From assembly GCF_009914755.1 (NCBI RefSeq), contig NC_060926.1: 64,000 nucleotides of DNA. One strand, 5' to 3'. The DNA comes from the human T2T-CHM13v2.0 reference genome, Homo sapiens. Shown piece after piece: positions 55,260 to 64,000 of the stretch. Within the stretch, counting starts at the first letter, position 1. Each line of letters starts with the position of its first letter. The notes beneath the pieces are model-generated. The model saw nothing but the letters and a program-made list of their open reading frames with translations. It was not told the DNA's origin and made no database searches. The position numbers and the translations under genes were made by a program.

Positions 55260-58200
55260 ACACCTCACTTAAGGGAATGCTATTGGAGGGAGTGGAGGGG
55301 ATAGAAAGACTTTCCCATTTATACTTTATACAAAATATTTTTGTATTTTCTTGTATTTGTGTGTTTAAAACCTTTTAAATATTTAATATACTCTTGATTA
55401 AAATACGTACATACTCCTCCTCTTGTTTTCAAGCAAGAATGAAGTGCTGAGAGGGACATATATGGGATAATGAGGGAGCCCAAAGGTGAGCCCCAGACCA
55501 GCTGCCCTGAGTCACAAGACCCAGGTCATCCTCATCTCATGAGATAATATCTGGGGAACACAAGACAGGTTTTGCTACCATCAAGATGGATTGATAGTAT
55601 CAGGCTCTCTAACCCTTCCCCAGACTCAGAGAGCTCCTATGGAACTCTCCTTTCTCTGAATGGTCTCAGCCCTTCCAAATTCTACCGCATGACTTAGCAG
55701 TCAATTGTGCTCATACAACTCCAGTTCATGTTTCAAGAGTTTGTCTGTTGGTTTGAGTGTTTAGTTTCTCAGCACACATTTTCTCATACACACTGTATTA
55801 TAAATTATGGTTAAATCCTCAAAACTTCCCACAAAAGGCTCTTTAAAGTTAATGTATTTGAAATATGTACTACCGATAGTACCATGTTAGCTATGCTTAG
55901 CCAGCATTTATAACTCTGTTTATATGGGGAAATGCATTCCATTTTGCAACTAGAGCTGGCAGGATTGCCTGGGAAAGAGGAGAGTTGACAGTGAGAGGGA
56001 GGGCTTTGGATAGTAGGGATTCCTGGGATTTCTTAACTCCACGGATATCAGAAGATGCACCTGAGTTGGACATCTGTTGCCCATCATTCATTCACTCTTC
56101 ATCTGGAAATGACACTTTGATTTTACTTTAGGGAACTGCTCCCACTCTGACCCAGTGTATGTGGTTAGGTGGGGCTTATCCCACATACACACACCCATGA
56201 CTCAGGCAGTACTGGCCACAGTGATTGATTCAGAGATGGCCATGCTCTGCCTTCCCAGTTAGATCATACACAACATGAGGACAGGAAGCATGTACTAAGC
56301 TCACTTGTATCCTCAAGATAATCCAGCACAGTGCTCAGCTGTAATGACATAGTCATGTCCAGACAAGGAGGAGAATGGACATGTATTGAGCAACAACCAT
56401 GTGTTAGACTTTTTACATAGCTTTCACACTAAATACCTTTCTCCTACTCTATGTGATGCCAACTGGGGTGGTGTTTTCCAGAGACCGTTATGTTCTGGGA
56501 ATAAAATCCTACTCAGTTTATTAATTTTAAAAGGTTTCACCTTGAGTTTTTAATATGGCTATAAGAAGAAAAATATTTAATTTCCCTTAACTATCTTATA
56601 GTGGTACTTTGCTCATTTATCAAAGAAATAACAATAATGATGCTTGTCTTGACTCACAGGTCAAAAACTCCCTCTTAAGAGCTTTAGAGTTTAAAAGAGA
56701 TAAATTTGTGAGTGAACTTTGCAAAACACTAAACAAATATTATTATTGCTATTATCATTTCCATTATTTTTATTTTTATTATTATTTTCTTTTCTTCTCT
56801 TATCCATTCAAATGAATAAGGCATCCGAAAAACAAATGAAGACTGATTGAAACCACATTCTGCCTAAGCTATAGACTTTTCCATAACTTGAGATAAATAA
56901 ATAGATTAAACCACATCACAAACACACACACACACACACCACCTGCAAAATAATCTTAAATATGATTATTTTTAATATAAATAAAGCAAATGCTAATTTT
57001 CCCTCTAGGGAAGTCATGGATTTTCTGTAGCTTGGCAATATATGTCTATAATAAAAATTTATATTTATGTTATTGGTTAATAGCTTTGGGTTAACCAATG
57101 AAATCATTTACCTCTATTCTAAACATTGCTTTTTTGCTAAAATAATATTTCTATTCTTTTAAACTGTTACCTGAGTATAGCTTTTGAAAACTCATTATGA
57201 TTAGCTCAGCCTCGAGTTTTTTTTGGCAGGAGCCTCAGAGGCCAGCTACAAAAAGCTTCATTTCTCGTATAGAAGTCTGTTCCTCATTATCTCAAATACA
57301 TCTCCACTCAGAAACTACAGCCTGCAGTCTTTCAAACATCATTCAGTCTGACACAAGGTAATGAACTTTCCCCATCTGAGGGCCCAGTGGGAGCTAGGGG
57401 CAGAAGAGGGAAGATAATCCCATGCTCCCCTGTCCTTGTCTAGTGTCCTGGGGCATCCTGTCTCATTATCTGAGAGACAGGACAAGGGACTGTCCTCCTT
57501 CCCACAGAGAACACACCAGCAGGTGAAAAACAGGTGCGCCTGAGCCTGGCTTTGAGTGAAGCTGTGTGCTCAAGAAAACATACGTGTGGCATATGGGCAC
57601 CTGCAGAACCAGCATGGTCAAGCCATGAATGCATTCAAACTAAGCACCTTGCTTCTGTTTTGCCTTAGCTTGAAAAGTAAAGCAAGAAATGAATAGCAAA
57701 AAGCTCCAGGTCCAGCAGTCTATCACAGGAATTTTCCAAAGGAGCTGAAAAATCTGGATATGATCTCTTATACTGGAAAAGCCTATTATAATGCAGGACT
57801 GGGGAGAAGCTCAGCAAAAGGCAAAAATAAAGAAGGGAAAGTCAGCAAGAAATAAATTTCACTGGTCAACTCAGCAGTAACGCTGTCTGCAACAAGTCTT
57901 CAGCTCAGTTCTCACTTTTGGGACAAGTACTCGTTCATCCATCTGGAGCCAACACACCAATTATAATTCCAGATCTGCTCTAATAAACCAAGAGATCTTG
58001 AGCAGATCACTCTAGCAAGTGCTGAGGAGAGTATCTGGCACACAGTGGATACTTGATAAATATTGGCTAAATTTACATCTACCTTTTTGTTTCCAGGATT
58101 TCTCATTTGCAAAGTTGTCTAATTAATGGAGTAAATAACATTTCCACATTTGCAATGCATACCATTACATCATGCTTCATGGTTCAAGAATTATTTTCAT

Positions 58201-58498
58201 ATGCATTCTCTCATGAACTCTTTACAATAACTGTTAGTCAGACATGGAACAGGTGTTATTATTCTCATGTTACACACAAGGTAAGTATGGCTCAGGCACA
58301 TTAACTAGACAATCACACAGCTAGTAAGTTATATAGCTCTTTAAATCTCATAGATTGTTAGATATCCTATAAGAAAATGTATCTAAAATTGCCTGGTACA
58401 TAGTAAGTAGCCCATAAAAAGTAGTTCTATGGGGAGCCAGTAGAGCACAATAATTAAATCACAGGCTTTGAATTTTGTATCCAGACTCCATCACTTAT

Positions 58499-58780
58499 TG
58501 TGATGGGTTGATTTTGTGTGTTACCTCAATTGGATCAGAGTGCCTCTCTGCCTGTCTTTGAGCTGGGACATAGGTGTTCTCCTGTCTTTGGACTCAGACT
58601 CGAGCTGGAACTATACCACTGGCTCTTTTGAGTCATCAGTTTTCCAGCTGGAGATCATGAACTTCTCAGGTCCCTCGTCACATGAGCCAATTCTTTATTT
58701 TATATACATGCACAAAAAAGAACCAATGGAGGAGATATCTATAGATATCTCTGTTTTTCTGGAAAACTCAGACTAATACA
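58499..58780 (+). mobile_element. MLT2 (C/D-like) ERVL LTR, internally deleted
   Basis: tgtgatgggttgattttgtgtg...tttgagctgggacat...tggactcagact...gactaataca. Confidence 0.75.
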
Positions 58781-59620
58781 GATTTGGTACCAAAAAGTGG
58801 GGTGCCACTGTAACAAATACCTAAAAATGTGGAAATGATTTTTTAATTAAGTAACGGGTAGAGGAGGCTGGAAGAGTTTTGAGATACAAACTAGAAAAAG
58901 CCAAGACTGCTATGAAGGGACTGTTAAAGGCAATTCTGGTGATGGCACAAGAAAAAAAAAAGATGAAAGCTATAGAGAAAGCTTCCATCTTGGAGAATAT
59001 ATAAGAAATCATGAATAGAATGTTAATAGAAATATAGAAGGTAAAGGCCATTCTGGTGAGGTCTCAGACAGAAATAAGGAACAAATTATTGGACAATGCA
59101 TAAAAGAATATCCTTGTAATAAAGTGGCAGTGAATTTGGCTGAATTGTTTTTTAGTGTTTTATGGAAAGCAAAACTTGCCAATGATGAAATTGGACATTT
59201 AGCTGAGGAGATTGCTAAGCAAAGTGTTGAAAGAGCAGCTTTCTTCCAACTGCTTATAGTAAAATGTGAGAAGAGCAAGATAAATTGAAGATGGAATTGC
59301 AAGCAAAAAGGAACCAGAACTTCTCAGCCTATCTATATTGCAAAAAATAAGAACGCTTGCTCTGAAAAGAACACTAAGGATCTGGCCAAGCAACCATTCA
59401 TTAAGGAGATTAAGCTGGGTGTGAACCATGAACCTAATCAGTCACTCCAGCAGAAACACTGCCAGTTTGAACTGAAAGGGACCAAGATGAGATGAAATGA
59501 AGGAAGGTTGTTGGAATTCTTGGATCCTAAAGGACTGGACCTTTATGATCTATAGAGCAATTTGGCTGTGAACATACACTACTCTTCAAGACAAAGGTAG
59601 AATGACCCTGAAGGCAATCC
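58781..59620 (+). mobile_element. MaLR internal sequence (MLT1A-int-like)
   Basis: gatttggtacc...gtggggtgcc.ctgtaacaaatacctaaaaatgtggaa...tctggtgaggtctcagacagaaat. Confidence 0.75.
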
Positions 59621-59899
59621 CAGAGCTCATCTCTGGATGTGGCAATTCAGATCCACGTCCCAATGCCTCACTCCTAGAGACCAATACAGCAACCACTGTC
59701 TTTCCACTCTGTCCTGAGAGCCAGTCCCCGTAGCCTCTTCCTTATCTCCTTGAATGCAGACCCCTCATGGAATCCTAATGTGGGTTTTCACCCCCTGGAA
59801 ATATGCCCAAGAGCGCTTTACCTCTTCCACCTTTTTATCAGCAGGGAGACTTTCTATCACATATAAGCATAGCATCTCAGCAATACCTCCCACCTCACC

Positions 59900-60145
59900 T
59901 CTCTTTCTCTCTCTTTTGCTCTCTCTCTCTCTCTGTCTTTCTCTCTCTTGCTCTCTCTCTGCCATATGAGGACACAGCAAGAAGGCAGCTGTCTGCAAGG
60001 CAGGAAGAGAGCCCTCACAGAACTTGATCATGCTGCCTTCATGTTCTCAGACTTCCAGCCTCCAGAACTGTGACAAAATAAATTTATGTTGTTTAAGGAC
60101 CTAGTCTCTGGTATTTTGTTATGACAGCCTAAGCTGACTAAGACA
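59900..60145 (+). mobile_element. MLT1A-like 3' LTR (3' part)
   Basis: gccatatgaggacacagcaagaaggc...gacttccagcctccagaactgtg...gctgactaagaca. Confidence 0.85.
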
Positions 60146-60280
60146 CTTATCGAACTGTGTGCAACTAGAAAAGGTACTAAACCTTCTCAGGCTCAGTTTC
60201 CTCATCTGTACAACAGGAACAAGAATATCTACCTCATACCATTATTGGGAAAACTAAATGAGAGCAAGCGTAAAAAGCAC
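60146..60280 (+). mobile_element. MIR right half; left half at ~58430-58498
   Basis: ctgtgtg...ctcagtttcctcatctgta continues ...ctccatcacttat on the other side of the LTR element. Confidence 0.7.
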
Positions 60281-60599
60281 ATAACTCGAACTCTCTACCA
60301 CACCTTTCTACTTCCCTAAATGATGTATGTGAAAATAAAACAAGATAGTTTATATAATAGTAGACTGAGATAACAACTGGAAATACTTTGAAAAAGAAAA
60401 ATTACAAAACAAAGGGGCAGGATGAGGATTAGGAGCATAACTAATTGAGAGTATAAGTCATTACTTCATTGTACTAACTTACTAATTATCTATGTTATAC
60501 TAAACCCACAGTGTCACAAATATAGGCCACTTCAAGTAAAAATAATACAATTTAGGAACAACTGCATTGGATGTGAGGGAGGAGAAAAGAGAGCTGAAG

Positions 60600-60628
<29 letters not shown>
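60600..60628. repeat. (CA)n microsatellite
   Basis: Seen directly. Confidence 0.95.
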
Positions 60629-60630
<2 letters not shown>

Positions 60631-61651
60631 GAATATGTTGATTCCTAAAATGCCTTAGTCTTAGAAATATTTCAAAGCAATTAAAACACTTATATTAGGA
60701 AATATAGCAGGAGACAAAGACAATATGAAAGAAATTAAAAATACAAGGTAATTAAAGAAGGGAGCAATTTGAGAGGAGCGGGGGTTAGGGGGGTGGGGAA
60801 ATGTTGACAAGAAATTAAGATGTTAAAGGAACAAAGTTCAGAATAGCTAATACTGAAAGGTCAAAAGCATGGAATTGTGTCTGCCACCTCCTCTTATTTT
60901 CCTGGTCACTATTGTTTATTAAAAGTAACCTCTCCTTAGCCACAGAGTCCCGTGGGGCATCTTCTACCTCAAGATTCTCTTTAGTAAAAGGCTCTTCTCA
61001 TTCTCTTTTCCCAATAAAAGCTCAGATTTGTCCCATAAATTTCTGTCCGAGAGAGCTTGCACAGTCTCAGCCTCCTTGTCAAGCTTTGCAGTAGCAGTGG
61101 ATGATTTTTATGAACTCTCCCTAGTTTGGGGCAAGATGACTTTGAGGGTCTTGACCATTTTTAAGAACTTACAATTCTCCTGGTAGTATTATGCTTATGT
61201 TTCTCCAAGGCCCTGACAACACATTCATCTTACTTTAATAATGATCCCATCATTTGTTGCTACCTTTAGGAGATCTTTCAAGAATGCAAGACAGGCAGAT
61301 TTATTCTATTAGAATATCAGTAAAGTCAATCCTTTTATATAATAAATCCTGACAATCATGTAGAAAATGGCATTGATATATGTTTACATTGTGTTTGCAT
61401 ATGCATTTCTAAGAAAAAAGGCCTCTAAAAAGCAAATATGAAAAGTAAGACAGAATTAATTAGTGAGTGCTTCCTGACCCAAAAGTGTGCAATATAAGGT
61501 AGATCTTTGGGGTACAACACATCTTCCACAATGGATACTGCCTGAGTGGGGAGCCAGTGCCACGACCTCAGGCACTGTTAAAGGGGTCCCTGCCACAGCA
61601 CCCCGAGGAAGGAAGGAAGTAGCCTTAAGAGTTGCAGACATCCAAATTTCT

Positions 61652-61968
61652 TTCTTTTCTTTTTTTTTTTTTTTTTGAGACGGAATCTTGCTCTGCTGTG
61701 TGACCCAGGCTGGAGTGCAGTGGTGTGCAGTGGTGTGATCTCGGCTCACTGCAAATCCCACCTCCTGGGTTCAAGCAATTCTCCTGCCTCAGCCTCCTGA
61801 GTAGCTGGGATTACAGGTGTGCACCACCACACCTGGCTAATTTTTGTATTTTTAGTAGAAACGAGGTTTCACCATGTTGTTCAGGCTGGTCTCAAACTCG
61901 TAACCTCATGGTCTGCCCACCTCGGGCTCCCAAAGTGCTGGGATTACAGGCATGGAGCCACTGCGCCA
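61652..61968 (-). mobile_element. AluS with an internal 10-bp duplication
   Basis: 17-bp TSD cagacatccaaatttct; gtgcagtggt repeated in tandem. Confidence 0.93.
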
Positions 61969-64000
61969 CAGACATCCAAATTTCTATGCCTGTACTATGT
62001 GAATCTGTCCACTTGTCCACAACTGACTAGGCCAGAATGGCTCCTCACCAAGACCAGTCAAGCTCTAAAAAGTGAGCTGAAGACAGAAATGAGCATTCAC
62101 AACAAGTCTGAGTCACGTTAATGATCAGCCCTAGAAGAATCACCCATGAGCCACTGCTGCTGGTGGACCATAGACAACTGTCCTTTGAGGTTCCTGATTA
62201 CCATGTGACGTGGCTGTTCCATGGCTTCCAGTCCACCCATGAAACCTGCTTGTTTTATTTCTCCTGTGCACAAGAGGCCTCGCCACAGGGCCAAGATTTC
62301 TTATCTCCACTTGTATCCTCTAACCACCTAGCCTAATCCTCACAGAAAGAATATAGTTAGCACACGAACTCTCTCTAACCATTTCTGTTCATAGGATATT
62401 TTCATCAGAAAAGCTTCCTTGACTATTTCAACACTCAAGTATCTTTTCAGCAGCAGGTACCTCTGCCACTTCCATAAGTGTTTACCTTGGATTGCTGTGT
62501 ATTGACAGTCAGCTACTTAATCTGTCTATGTCTTGTCTCCCAAATCAATGATGAGTTTTTAGAGGAGAAAGAACTCTGTGTCTGACATAAAGTTGACCAG
62601 CCATCTTTAAGAGAGTTTTGGCTGAAAATTGCAGCTCATCGGCCCTTTTTTCCATGGATGAACAAATAGCCTCTTCCTCCTGAGATAAAAGTGACCCAAG
62701 CCTGGTACTGTTTCTTTTTTATTCACTTATCTTTCTCAGAAAACCTACATTCACAAACCACTTGTACAAAGTGTTCAACATATTTAGAAGTCAGAAAGCT
62801 TTCTCGGCCACTTGAGAGTGTATTGAACCAGGCCTGTTACTCATGCTTCTTATCTTACTTATCTTATTATCTGCTCTCTCTACAGATCTACATCATCATG
62901 TGGGTCTTAATAAAAATAATCAAGAGTTACTATATTTGAGAATATTGGCCCAAACAATTCTCTGCCCTGGTGCTCTGTACAACCCCAAGGGCTCTGTGAA
63001 ATCTTTCAAGGTTTCCCAGGAAAGTAGAAGAAATGAAAAGAGCAGAGTGGGTGAGACTCTAAGCCACAACACTCCCCTTTAACATTTTGATCTGTTTTCC
63101 ATATTGGGCACAATAAGATTTATTCTACAGCCCTAAACAAAAATGAAAACTTGCCTGTACAGTGAGACTTGAGGAATCTAACTTAGCCCCCTGACCAAAA
63201 GCAGTCTTTCTACCTTTAGATTTTTCCTCTTTTGAAGTGAGGTTTTGTGCCTAGGGTTTTAAAAAGCCAGTACACTGGTATCAGTCTTGGATGCTCCATT
63301 ATATAGCATTGCCTGTTAGAACTTGCATATAACACTCTGTTAAACTTGCTGCACAAATGAGACATATCCAAAAGGAAAGTTCCAATGGTTGGCCTGGGAG
63401 AAGAACTAGATAAAGACCCTGGAAGTTCTATCTTAAGAAATTCTTACCAGCATTTCCCAGGGGGGCAGGCAGGAAACAGCCTAAGGATTAAACCAACATG
63501 GGAGGGAGGTGGGTGCAGGGAGAGGGGGATTTATACAATTGTCCCTTGCATGGGAAACAGAGGCCAATAAAAGCAAACCTCACAATGACTCTGCAGGAAT
63601 CCAGGACTTCCCAGCACTCAAAATTCACAAGCTTGCTGAGTATATCTTATCTTGACTTTTACAAGGAAAACAGTTAACCATTATAAGTTAACTATTTGTT
63701 CAGATCGCTCACTCCTCCATTCCACAACCAGTACATGTCAGGTTCTTTCCAATAATAATATTCTTCCTTGAGGAACATTCAGCAGAAATAGACAAATCAA
63801 AACTGGTAACACTAGGTTTATTTAAATATATATATAAGCTGCAGAAAAGTACAGACCAGAAATGGGGCTGTATCTTCTTTTTAGAAACCGCTCTCACATT
63901 CAGCAAGATATCTGTTTACAGGCAATACTAAAACCTGATTAAGGCTTAACAAAAACTAAGTCCACATGAAAGGAAATGTGGATATATGTGGATAGATGCT

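Overview
Primate (human/great-ape-like) nuclear DNA: AT-rich, CpG-depleted, no CpG island, and no protein-coding gene I can support. The listed ORFs are almost all Alu-, L1- or LTR-derived or low-complexity, and many start at TTG/GTG. The window is intergenic or intronic sequence dense in interspersed repeats (Alu, L1PA/L1PB/old L1M, MaLR/ERVL/ERV1 LTRs, hAT and Tigger relics, MIR, L2). A few candidate lncRNA exons occur on both strands; I could not name the locus. I see no convincing new gene system. The unusual signals are fossils of retrotransposition and DNA repair: (1) an LTR element with two different LTR families (MLT2 5' LTR, MLT1A internal region and 3' LTR) inside one 5-bp target-site duplication (TSD); (2) an Alu-foldback-L1 composite inside one TSD, carrying a 214-bp palindrome; (3) a 192-bp inverted copy of nearby DNA inserted in a (TA)n tract; (4) a 3'-truncated, A-tailed U7 snRNA retrocopy; (5) two further short templated local duplications. 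Repeat subfamily names come from recalled consensus sequences, and most boundaries are approximate.
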